Assembly (NCBI GenBank): GCA_030390025.1
Contig: CM059433.1
Span: 13,332,001-13,396,000 of the forward strand
Source of the DNA: Squalus acanthias
Taxonomy: Eukaryota
Length of the DNA stretch: 64,000 nt
Direction of reading: 5' to 3'
Positions 11,186 to 21,708 of this stretch are shown here, in pieces. Within the stretch, counting starts at the first letter, position 1; each line of letters opens with the position of its first letter. The notes under the pieces were generated by a model. That model had not been told where the DNA came from and ran no database searches. It saw nothing but the letters and a program-made list of their open reading frames with translations. The translations under genes and the position numbers were made by a program.

Positions 11186-11320
11186 CAACAGTTTTATTTG
11201 AAATCACAAGCTTTCGGAGCGGCTGCTCCTTCGTCAGGTGACGAAGGAGCAGCCGCTCCGAAAGCTTGTGATTTCAAATAAAACTGTTGGACGATAACCT
11301 GGTGTTGTGCGACTTCTCAC
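11186..11320. mobile_element. Minimal fold-back Penelope terminal-repeat remnant (left arm truncated by Harbinger copy 1)
   Basis: CAACAGTTTTATTTGAAATCACAAGCTTTCGGAGCGGCTGCTCCTTCGTCA is followed by its reverse complement; same sequence as the Penelope ends at 13115, 14888, 20660. Confidence 0.85.
11204..11241 (-). ncRNA. minimal hammerhead ribozyme (Penelope type)
   Basis: minus strand TCAC-CTGACGA-A-GGAGC..GCTCC-GAAA-GC-TT-GTGA. Confidence 0.75.
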
Positions 11321-11324
11321 TTTA

Positions 11325-11535
11325 ATAGACGTAGTTAAGATCTGAAATGCACTGCCTGATAGGGTGGTGGATACAGATTCAATAGTAGCCTTCAAAAAGG
11401 AATTGGATAAATACTTTGAAGGAGAAAAAATTGCCAGGATATGGGGAAAGAGCGGGATTGCTCTTTGAAAGGGCCGGTGCAGACTTGATGGGCCGAATGG
11501 CCTCCTTCGGTGCTGTACTATTCTACGATTCTATG
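11325..11535 (+). mobile_element. CR1 LINE 3' end
   Basis: GCACTGCCTGATAGGGTGGTGGA...GATGGGCCGAATGGCCTCCT...ATTCTATG tail. Confidence 0.75.
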
Positions 11536-12120
11536 AGCTTGGGAGGGGAAATAAATCAGTCACGATCCCTACTCCTGATCACTATCCAGTGACTGCTGCT
11601 GGGAAGTGTACATGCAAGGATGAGAACAAGATATAGGCCCTGAAATTGCGATCGGAGGCTTCCTGCGGACGAAAGCTTCCGACCAGCAAAATAGATCCGC
11701 ACCGACCAGCAGTCTCTGCTCCCACGGAGAGTTACGCTTTCATCTTGAGGAATCCTGGGCAGCTTATGACGTCACGCCGCCCAGGAGCGCAGTGTGCGCG
11801 GAGCCTAGGGCTTCGTTCGTAGGGGAGACCCGCCCACGAGACCTGTCAAAATTTATATTAGCATAGGCCACGCCCTCAATTGTTTTTTTTACCTCTCCAG
11901 AGCCTTCCCCATTGAAAGGAGCTGTTCATCTGAATGGTAAGTTCTTTCTTTATAGTTTTTAAAAACTTTTGTAAACTTTTAGAAAATTTTAAAGACTTTT
12001 ACATCGATTTGAAGAATTTTAAATAGTTTTAAAGACTTTTAAAGCGATTTAAAGCAATTTAAAGAGTTTTAAAAAACCTTGAAATAATTTTCATTAATTT
12101 TAATTAAACAGCAAAGTGAA

Positions 12121-12805
12121 ATGGAAGGAGCAAGCACAGTTACATAAGAGCATAAGAAATAAGAGCAGGAGGAGACCATGCGGCCCCTCGAGCCTGCTCC
12201 GCCATTCAATAAGATCATGGCTGATCATCGACCTCAACTCCACTTTCCCGCCCGATCTCCATATCCCTTGATTCCCCTAGAGTCCAAAAATCTATCGATC
12301 TCAGCCTTGACTATACTCAAAGACTCAGCATTCACAGCCCTCTGGGGTAGAGAATTCCAAAGATTCACAACCCTCTGAGTGAAGAAATTCCTCCTCATCT
12401 CAGTCTTAAATGGCCAACCCCTTATCCTGAGACTATGCCCCCTAGTTCTCAACTCTCCAGCCAGGGGGAAACAACCTCTCAGCATCTACCCAGTCAATCC
12501 CCTTCAGAATCTTGTATGTTTCAATGAGATCACCTCTCATTCTTCTAAACTCCAGAGAGTATTGGCCCGTTCTTCATCATCAGTTGTGATGATGAGGAGA
12601 GCTCAGAATTTCACTGACGATGACATCAACACACTCCTCAATGAGGTTGAGGCAAAGCGCCTAAGGCTCATTAACGAATCACTATGCAAAAGGACAAATG
12701 ACAGCTTGGACAGAAGTTGCCGAGGCTGTTAGCGCTAACTCCACCATTCCATGGACAGCGGGACAATGCCACGAAAAATTGAATGATTTGATGTGATCTG
12801 CCAAG
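12121..12805 (+). pseudogene. Myb/SANT exon 1 of the older Harbinger, interrupted by a CR1 fragment; later exons probably at ~19434-20240
   Basis: MEGASTV / RRAQNFTDDDINTLLNEVEAKR...(frameshift) WTEVAEAVSANSTIPWTAGQCHEKLNDL; donor AAG|GTTTGT at 12805. Confidence 0.7.
12142..12568 (-). mobile_element. CR1 LINE 3' fragment inserted in the old Myb exon
   Basis: ORF RTRGHSLRIRG...RRNFFTQRVVNLWNSLP; ACATAAGA tail. Confidence 0.9.
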
Positions 12806-13163
12806 GTTTGTACAGTTATTAGAAATGTCAAATGTAAAATTTAACTTTACTATTTTAAAACATGTTTAGTTGCATAGCTGTTGTGAAGTGACTTCATTAT
12901 CCAGGCATCTGAGTTCGTCGCAAAATTTAATGGCTTTTTGAACTGGTCAGGGTCATCGATTGTGCTTCTAAACATTTTATCTGTACTCCACAGATTTGAG
13001 GTGTGAAATTTCAATTAGTGAACAATAGCCTGTCTCCAAAGCAGCATCTAGTCCTCTTTCCAAAGCAGGTGGCCATGATGCGGAAATGCCGGTGTTGGAC
13101 TGGGGTGGACAAAAGTGAGAAGTCGCACAACACCAGGTTAAAGTCCAACAGTTTTATTTGAAA

Positions 13164-13201
13164 TCACAAGCTTTCGGAGCTGCTGCCCCTTCGTCAGGTG
13201 A
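13164..13201 (-). ncRNA. minimal hammerhead ribozyme
   Basis: minus strand TCAC-CTGACGA-A-GGGGC..GCTCC-GAAA-GC-TT-GTGA. Confidence 0.75.
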
Positions 13202-13602
13202 AGTGAAGGAATACGAATCGGCAAAGCATATATAGACAGAGAACAATGCCTGTGTAGCGTACAATGTCAGACGACCACAGTTAATCTTTCTGACTGCCTT
13301 TTATCACACCTCGGCAGAGAAACAATCAGGTCAGGAAGGCATTATATCAAAGACATAGCAAGATACAGCTAAGACAATGAGGTGGGGTCACAGGGGGTCT
13401 AATGTGTCAAATGCAGTCTGTATAAACTTTAAAATGTTTACTTTTTTTTAATGGAAATCACATCTGTGATCAAGCCAACGACGACTCGAGTCTGGATGAC
13501 TCTACGTCATGTAGCGTGACATGAACCCAAGATCCCGGTTGAGGCCGTCCTCATGGGTGCAGAGCTTGGCTATCAGTTTCTGCTCGATGATTTTGCGTTG
13601 TC

Positions 13603-14586
13603 ATGTGTCTCGAAGGCCGCCTTGGAGAATGCTTACCCGCAGATCCGAGGCTGAATGTCCTTGACGGGCACCTCAGCACTTCACTCTACCGCAAGCCCAC
13701 GGACAACCTCACGATGCTCCACTTCTCCAGCTTCCACCCTAACCACGTTAAAGAAGCCATCCCCTATGGACAAGCCCTGCGAATACACAGGATCTGCTCA
13801 GACGAGGAGGAATGCGATGGACACCTACAGACGCTGAAAGACGCCCTCGTAAGAACGGGATATGACGCTCGACTCATCGATCAACAGTTCCGACGGGCCA
13901 CAGCGAAAAATCGCATAGACCTCCTCAGAAGACGAACATGGGACACAACCAACAGGGTACCCTACGTCGTCCAGTACTTCCCCGGAGCGGAGAAACTACG
14001 CCATGTTCTTCGCAGCCTTCAACATGTCATCGATGATGACGAACACCTCGCTAAGGCCATCCCCATGCCTCCACTACTCGCCTTCAAACAGCCGCCTAAC
14101 CTCAAAAGTACCATAGTTCGCAGCAAATTACCCAGCTTTCAGGAGAACAGCGACCACGACACCACACAACCCTGCCACGGCAACCTCTGCAAGACATGCC
14201 AGATCATCAACACAGATACCATCATCACATGTGAGGACACTACCCACCAGGTACATGGTACATACTCATGTGACTCGGCCAACGTTGTCTACCTCATACG
14301 TTGCAGGAAAGGATGCACCGGAGCATGGTACATCGGCGAGACCATGCAGACACTGAGACAACGTATGAACGGACACTGCGCAACAATCGCCAGGCAGGAT
14401 TGTTACCTCCCAGTCGGGGAACACTTCAGCAGTCAAGGACATTCAGCCTCGGTAAGCGTTCTCCAAGGCGGCCTTCGAGACACACGACAACGCAAAATCA
14501 TCGAGCAGAAACTGATAGCCAAGTTCCGCACCCATGAGGACGGCCTCAACCTGGATCTTGGGTTCATGTCACGCTACATGACGTAG
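13603..14586 (+). CDS. 5'-truncated Penelope ORF: RT C-terminal region + GIY-YIG endonuclease (first ~18 aa derive from the inverted arm)
   Basis: STSLYRKPTD..LHFSSFHP..K.AIPYGQALRI.RICS; C..C Zn-knuckle; NVVYLIRC...WYIGET...LRQRMNGH; EQKLIAKF...GLN. Confidence 0.88.
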   Translation: MCLEGRLGECLPADPRLNVLDGHLSTSLYRKPTDNLTMLHFSSFHPNHVKEAIPYGQALRIHRICSDEEECDGHLQTLKDALVRTGYDARLIDQQFRRATAKNRIDLLRRRTWDTTNRVPYVVQYFPGAEKLRHVLRSLQHVIDDDEHLAKAIPMPPLLAFKQPPNLKSTIVRSKLPSFQENSDHDTTQPCHGNLCKTCQIINTDTIITCEDTTHQVHGTYSCDSANVVYLIRCRKGCTGAWYIGETMQTLRQRMNGHCATIARQDCYLPVGEHFSSQGHSASVSVLQGGLRDTRQRKIIEQKLIAKFRTHEDGLNLDLGFMSRYMT

Positions 14587-14887
14587 AGTCATCCAGACTC
14601 GAGTCGTCGTTGGCTTGTTCACAGATGTGATTTCCATTTAAAAAAAAGTAAACATTTTAAAGTTTATACAGACTGCATTTGACACATTAGACCCCCTGTG
14701 ACCCCACCTCATTGTCTTAGCTGTATCTTGCTATGTCGTTGATATAATGCCTTCCTGACCTGATTGTTTCTCTGCCGAGGTATGATAAAAGGCAGTCAGA
14801 AAGATTAACTGTAGTCGTCTGACATTGTACGCTACACAGGCATTGTTCTCTGTCTATATATGCTTTGCTGATTCGTATTCCTTTACT

Positions 14888-14925
14888 TCACCTGATGAAG
14901 GGGCAGCAGCTCCGAAAGCTTGTGA
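14888..14925 (+). ncRNA. minimal hammerhead ribozyme
   Basis: TCAC-CTGATGA-A-GGGGC..GCTCC-GAAA-GC-TT-GTGA; predicted cleavage after 14921. Confidence 0.78.
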
Positions 14926-15302
14926 TTTCAAATAAAACTGTTGGGGGTAGAAATTAGGTCGCGCCCCATTTGGGGCGCAAATATCGTCTGGACGCAAATA
15001 TTAGCGCCTGGCGCTAATTATCGGCACTGACTGGAAACTTCACTTTTACCGCCCCGGGAGGTGAGTGGAGCGCTAAAGCAGGCGCTGCACACCTGTCTTA
15101 AGGCGCAAAGGCCAAGGAGTGAGGCGCTAACTCAGCGCGCGAGCGCAGCGCAGCTGCTGCCAGTTAGCGAGGGAACACAGACACACTGGCGCCGGCCACT
15201 TCTTAAAGCGGGGGGGGCCAACTTGCTCCCCAGCCACACCCTGCTCATTGCAGCCTTGAATCTCGGCCTGGAGAGACCTGTGAATCCATTTTGCTGCCAA
15301 GC

Positions 15303-17131
15303 ATGGAGAGGGTGAGAGAACGCGCTCATCGCTTCACCGAGCGGGCCTTGGATGCTCTGGTTGGCGCGGTGGAGCGCAGAAGATGTATGCCCTTCCCTGA
15401 GAGTGGCAGGAGGCCTTTGCCACGCGAGTTCAGAAGAGTGTGGAGGGAGGTGGCTCAGAGCATCTCCTCCAGGAGCATGGTGCCCAGGACCCATACTCAA
15501 TGCCGCAAAAAGTTCAACGACCTCACTCGGGTCGTCAGGGTGAGTGGCTTTTTCTCAATACCTCTCCATCCCTCCATCTCAACCTCACTCTATGGCCAGA
15601 GGGTCTTAAAACCCCAATGCACAACACTCATCCAACACCTATGGCCCTTTCATCAAACACACACACACATTCCACACTTTGCATACAGTAAGGGCTATTC
15701 ACCTATGGGAGGCACATCAGGCAAGACCATGGCTGTATACAGTAAGGGCTATTCACCTATGGGAGGCACATCAGGCAAGACCATGGCTGTATATTTACTC
15801 ACATGCTGTCCTTTTTCTTACAGGCCAAGCTGGCGCATAATCGGAGACAGCAGCAACGGACAGGTGGAGGGCGGCCTCAGCTGCAACCCCTCAGCGATCT
15901 TGAGGAGCGCGTCCACAGGATTGTGGCAAGCCGGGTGATCAGTCCCGTCACCACTGGAGACGCCGACCCCGTTCTGGACAGCAATGGTAAGGTCATCACC
16001 TTTTTGTCCTCTGTTCTTCCACTTGTCCCTCACAACACCAGCCTTTGACACTTTCAATCCAACTTGCTAACTCGCTGCACTTATTCCTCCCTTACTGCCA
16101 CCCTGTCCTCACGCTAAAGCCACTCTTGTACCTCCCTGCTTTCGGATGGTGATTCACCAGCTGAGAAGACGGGCCCTGAAGCTGCCACTGTGAGTGATGC
16201 TGCAGCTGAGGAAGAAGAGGAAGCCGGAGCATCAGTGCCACCCTCTCCCGAGGAAGCCCATGCCCACACTGGGAACACGCCTTCCCTGGAGGGGAGCAGG
16301 GGGGAAGGGTCTGATGAGGGTGAAGCTCCAGGACCCAGCGGGCTGCAGCAACGCCATGGGGGGGGGGGGGGTAGGGAAGAACAGGGGCCTTCTCCCCAGA
16401 GGGAGAGTATGCCAGACACTCCTACTGCAATGGACGCAGAGGAGGAGCGGCTGATCGCAGAAATGAACACCCAGGCGGTGGGCATGCACACTGAGCTCAT
16501 GGGTGCAGTGGGAAGGGTGCCCGAATGCATTGAGTCACTGGCAAGGAGTGTGGAGCACTTCGCTGTAGCACAGGCGGATGCCACACTAATGCTTAGTGCT
16601 GCAATTCAGTCACTGGCTGCCGTGATCCCATCTCTGACTGCTCTCATACAGACTCAGATTGAGGCCACGCGAGCACAGACTGCTGCCAACCTCGATGGTT
16701 CGTGCACATGTCCCCGGGGCTGTCACCGCGCCGCAGCAGGCCAGCAATCTGTTCTCCGGCAGATTGCTCCGGATGCTGAAGTGCTGCCCCGTGGGAGTGC
16801 CAGTGTGTCGGGCGAGCAGGGAGTTGCTGTCCTCTCTCACGATGACAGCATTCCTGCTGCCAACACTGTCACTTCTCCACTGCACTTGCCACCGCCTGTA
16901 GGACAGACTGCTGCCGCCCATGCAGAGTTGGTGCAGTCTGCAGCCGGGCCCTCCAGGCCCAGAAGTGGTCGAGGCCGTCCTTCAGGGGCATCTGCAGTGT
17001 CAGGGTCTGACGAGCAGCAGCCTTCCACCAGCCTTGCTGCAGCCACTGAGGTCCCATTACGGAGGAGCAGTAGGGTTAGAAGGGGGGAAGTGCGCAAGGG
17101 AAGGAGATCACCCTCGAAGGGCAAAAAGTAG
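15303..17131 (+). CDS. Harbinger Myb/SANT DNA-binding protein, 3 exons (15303-15539, 15824-15986, 16146 or 16161-17131), ~456-461 aa
   Basis: All exons open; exon-3 acceptor is mutated CAG>CGG (16143-16145) but an in-frame CAG lies 15 nt downstream (16158-16160); acidic linker, coiled-coil-like segment and basic C-terminal NLS-like tail. Confidence 0.75.
15684..15793 (+). repeat. 54-bp minisatellite, 2 units
   Basis: units at 15684 and 15738. Confidence 0.95.
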
Positions 17132-17423
17132 GAGGTGTGACAAAATGCTGGTCATTTTTTTATTAAAGGTCGAGGTTCATGGTCCAACTTTTGTTTAGTG
17201 TTTTGGACATTATCTCCAGGTTGTGAGAACCAGTTATGTTATTGACTTTTTTTGTGTTTATTTCTATGAGTTTGTCATGAGGAATTGACACACACAGAGT
17301 TTGTAAAATAAATAAGTTTCTGTATTCAAAATATACATGGTTGGTGGTTGGAATTATTGGTGCCTTGGCCGGCTTAGGGGTTGCGTGCTGGGTTCATTAA
17401 TGTTGTTAGCAATGGCAGGAGCC

Positions 17424-18584
17424 CTAGAAGCGGCTTGCTATTAGCCGTTGACGGACGGCCCTTGCAGTTTGACCATTGTGGGCCGCCCTCCTGCCTTGGT
17501 GCTGCTGATGATCATCGTCCTCGTCCTCTTCCTCCTCTTCCTCCTCCTCCTCTGGTGGTGCTCCAAGGCCTGGTGGCATTGGCTGGGTCCTGAGGATTGC
17601 CATGTTATGCAACATGCAGCACACGACTACGAAGTTCGATACTCGCTCAGGTGAGTACTGCAGGGCTCCTCCAGAATGGTCCAGACAGCGGAACCGTTGC
17701 TTCAGCATGCCGATTGTGCGCTCAATAATGTTCCTGGTAGCTTGATGGCTCTCATTGTACCGCAGCTCAGCAGGGGTGTTGGGCGTACGGAGCGGTGTCA
17801 TCAGCCAGGTGCTCAATGCATACCCCTTGTCCCCGAGAAGCCAACCAACTGGCTGATGCGGTGCCTCGAAAAGTTCTGCCACAGTAGTCTGGCGCAGGAT
17901 AAAAGCATCGTGGCAGCTGCCAGGATACTGGGCATTGACAGCGAGTATCAGCTGTCTGTGGTCACAGACCAACTGGACATTCAAGGAATGGAACCCCTTT
18001 CTGTTCCTGAATTCCTCGGCATTCTCATGCGGAGCACGCAAAGCCACATGCGTGCAGTCAATGGCGCCCTGCACCATGGGGAAGCCCGCTACCCTCGCAA
18101 AGCCCAGAGCGCGGTCACGCTGCTTGTCTGGGGTCATGGGGAAAGAGATGAACTCTCATCTCCTTTTGAAGAGGGCATTTGTGACCGGCCGGATGCAGCA
18201 ATGCACCGCGAACTGGGAGATATTGGCGAGGTCCCCAGCAGCAGCTTGAAATGAGCCAGTAGCGTAAAAGTTCAAAGCCACTGTGACCTTCACTGCCACC
18301 GACAGAGACGTCCTGGACCTCAGTTGAGGCTGCAGATCTGGCTGCAGCAGGTGGCAGAGCTCAGTGACCACCTCCTTGCTGAATCGCAGCCTTCGCAAAC
18401 ACAGCTCCTTGGACATATGGATGTAGGAGAGCTGTTCACGATATACCCTGGGAGGGTAAGCTCTCCTGTACATACGCCTGATGGCCCTCCTCCGTCTGGC
18501 CATCATTGCCACTCTCTCTCTGCGTCTCTGTATCCTCCGATTCAGCTGGAGCAGGACGACGCCCCCAATCAGTGCAGCCCCCAT
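17424..18584 (-). pseudogene. Harbinger transposase with a premature stop
   Basis: same protein as 9523-10674 but TGA at 18156-18158 (CAA in copy 1). Confidence 0.9.
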
Positions 18585-20705
18585 ATTCTCTTTGCAAGCA
18601 AAGTAATGAAGGACAGCAACTAAAGTAGCAGCTTAGTTAGGATCAATAGGCAAAACTACCTCACAAAGCGTTGAGTCAATGTAGAAGTCTCTCTTTCTCT
18701 CTCTCCGAATCTCTCTCTGTCTCTCAGAACGAGTGGTGCAAAAATGTCGACCACAGAAAAAGACAGGAAGAGGCCCCCTTTAAATAGCGCCCCCCCCAGC
18801 CCCACAGCGATTGATAGCGTTCCAGTCTTCCGGTCGTTGGAAGCGCCAGGCGGTAAGGCGGGGGCGCCACTCAATTTCCGCTCCGGGGCGCCACAAGGGC
18901 GTTGCACCATGGAATGACGTCACAATCTGTGCGCGCAGGTGGTCGCAGCGGTAAGTTTTAGCGCCGCCACACAATCTCTAGTTAAGTTCCCGAGCGGCGC
19001 AAACATCGCTGCTCCCGGGCATTAGTGGCTTTGCGCCCCATTAGCGCCCTCTTAAGGCGCTAACGGGAGGCGCAACCAACTGAATTTTTACCCCTTGGAC
19101 TATAACCTGGTGTTGTGCGACTTCTCAAAGCAGGTGGGTGGGTGGTCTCTGCAGGAAAAACTGAAGTTTAATTTTCATTTCTGTCTTCAATTTAGAGTAA
19201 AAGGGCACATAACGCCAGAGAGCGTGCCACGACAGCCGGTGGTGTTGTCACTCTTTTGGTGTTATCGGAGCAAGAGGAAAGGGTCTGCTGCCCAATCAAA
19301 CATTGGGGTAAGGAAAGGTGAGTTGGTCTGTCCAGATGTATGTTTAAAACTGGAAGGTGTGCGTTGCTTCTCAGCTTCTGTGATGTGGCAGATCGTGCTT
19401 CACCTTTGTAAATGTTTACTGTTTCCTTCCCACAGGTGGACAGCTTCCTTCTCACCCACGGGATGAACAGTGTGTTGAGTCTGTTGCTACAGAGGGCATT
19501 GGGGAAGGGGTTACAGATGCAGTGCGAGCAGTAAGTGAGGTGGAGGAGGAGGAATTTGTGGAGTGTCAGCTAGTGGGAGGGGAGGGTATGGACCCTGGGT
19601 GGCTGCACAGCACCTCTCCATCTCCTGGCCCCTCTGGCTCTGTGCCAGGCACAGGTGACTGCCGTTCCACAGCCAGATACCAACCTGATACTGCAGAGCA
19701 GGTGGGAGAAGCAGGAAGACGTTTAATGCAACAAAATGCCATAGAAACTCGGTGTAACAGGTTGAAGGGTTGAGGCAAGATATGGTTATTCTTCATGTGA
19801 AGAAACTTGACTCTCTTGCCTCCATCAGGCAGAGGATTGATGTTATTTTTGGGAGCAATATATGCAATAAGTTGGACATAGTTGGTAAAGAACTCGCCAG
19901 TGTTCCTCTGGCGCTTAATCAGATGAACGAGTCTCTCGTTCAGCTATTCCAGTTGAAGACAGCAGGCTCTGCTGCCATTAATTTGACTCCCGCAGAACCC
20001 CCCTTGCCTGCCCCCAGCGCAGACACAGGAGACAGCAGCTCCGCCAATTATGTTGGAAGCAAATGTTGCCTTTCAGCAGCAGCAGCAACCCTGTCACGAG
20101 CCAACTGCTGAAGGACGAGAGATGGTACACAGGGGCCTTTCACTTGGCATGAGAGGGCTCCGGTCATGGGGAAGGGGAAGCCCAGGAGACAGTAGGCTGC
20201 CACCTTTTGCACAGTCCACCTCCTTCAACCCTCAGGCACAGATGCGAGGGGAACATCTGTCAATTCTTTCATGTTTGCTATTATTTAAATGTTGGTGTTG
20301 TGTTATCTCTTGTAATTTATATCGGTGACTGATGGTGTATTTAACCATTTTGTTTTATATGTATAGCCTTTAGTCACTTTAATAAAAATTTCAACATTTT
20401 TTATTAACAACCAATTTAACATTACAATTGTTTAAAAAGTAGAAAATAGCTAGTTTACATCTTGAATGTCTTTATTGCATAAACCCAAAAAGTCACTTTA
20501 AACTGTTTACATTTTTTTATCAACAAATTTATCTTTGCAAATGTTTACAAAGTAGAAAATAGCTAGCTAACAATTTCTATTTAGAGACTAAGAGCATCAA
20601 AAATATACATCAAAAGTCTTTGATGCTGCAATAAAAGTTTGCTGTTTCACTTTAAATTGAGAAGTCGCACAACACCAGGTTATAGTCCAACAGTTTTATT
20701 TGAAA

Positions 20706-20743
20706 TCACAAGCTTTCGGAGCGGCTGCTCCTTCGTCAGGTGA
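20706..20743 (-). ncRNA. minimal hammerhead ribozyme
   Basis: CTGACGA...GAAA core with stems TCAC/GTGA and GGAGC/GCTCC. Confidence 0.75.
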
Positions 20744-21510
20744 AGTAAAGGAATACAAATCGACAAAGCATATATAGATAGAGAACAATGCATGTGTAGC
20801 GTACAATGGCAGACGACTACATTTAATCCTCCTGACTGCCTTTTGTCACACCTCGGCAGATAAACAATCAGGTCAGCCAGGAAGGCACCACATCAAAGAC
20901 ATAGCAAGATACAACTGAGACAATGAGGTGGGGTTACAGGGGGTCTAATGTGTCAAAAGCTGCAGTCTGTATGGAAAACGATAAACTTTAAAATTTTTAC
21001 TTTTTTTTAACTGGAAATCACATCTGTGAACAAGCCAACGACGACTTGAGTCTGGATGACTCTACGTCATGTATCGTGACATGAACCCAAGATCCCGGTT
21101 GAGGCCGTCCTCATGAGTGCGGAACTTGGCTATCAGTTTCTGCTCGATGATTTTGCGTTGTCGTGTGTCTCGAAGGCCGCCTTGGAGAACGCTTACCCGC
21201 AGATCCGAGGCTGAATGTCCTTGACTGCTGAAGTGTTCCCCGACTGGGAAAAAGTAAAAATTTTAAAGTTTATCATTTTCCATACAGACTGCAGCTTTTG
21301 ACACATTAGACCCCCTGTAACCCCACCTCATTGTCTCAGTTGTATCTTGCTATGTCTTTGATGTGGTGCCTTCCTGGCTGACCTGATTGTTTATCTGCCG
21401 AGGTGTGACAAAAGGCAGTCAGGAGGATTAAATGTAGTCGTCTGACATTGTATGCTGCACAGGCATTGTTCTCTATCTATATATGCTTTGTCGATTTGTA
21501 TTCCTTTACT

Positions 21511-21547
21511 TCACCTGACGAAGGAGCAGCGCTCCGAAAGCTTGTGA
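21511..21547 (+). ncRNA. minimal hammerhead ribozyme
   Basis: TCAC-CTGACGA-A-GGAGC-AGC-GCTCC-GAAA-GC-TT-GTGA. Confidence 0.78.
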
Positions 21548-21708
21548 TTTCAAATAAAACTGTTGGACTATAACCTGGTGTTGTGCGACTTCTCACTTTT
21601 GTCCACCCCAGTCCAACACCGGCATCTCCGCATCATGGTCACTTTAAATTGTGTGTGTTCCTTTCTTTGCCTTGCTGGGGGAGGGGGAGGTACAAGGCGA
21701 CACTATCA

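Larger units (their letters stand above)
14944..19094 (+). mobile_element. PIF/Harbinger DNA transposon, full-length copy 2 (4151 bp), TSD TTG
   Basis: TIR GGGGTAGAAATT / AATTTTTACCCC; TTG at 14941-14943 and 19095-19097; removing it restores the Penelope end AAAACTGTTGGACTATAACC. Confidence 0.96.
13073..19125. mobile_element. Penelope-like retroelement, fold-back structure (short minus arm 13073-~13665, long plus arm ~13660-19125), interrupted by Harbinger copy 2
   Basis: 12-bp TSD CAAAGCAGGTGG at 13061-13072 and 19126-19137; ~550-bp inverted arms; GIY-YIG ORF. Confidence 0.9.
20660..21638. mobile_element. Penelope-like fold-back insertion (arms 20660-~21007 and ~21249-21594, tail to 21638)
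   Basis: 13-bp TSD TCACTTTAAATTG at 20647-20659 and 21639-21651; ~345-bp inverted arms; spacer encodes the GIY-YIG C-terminus (minus). Confidence 0.9.

Noticed and set aside
11238..11271. Plus-strand hammerhead in the mini hairpin
   Set aside because: Core reads GTGACGA and the 5' strand of stem I is missing.
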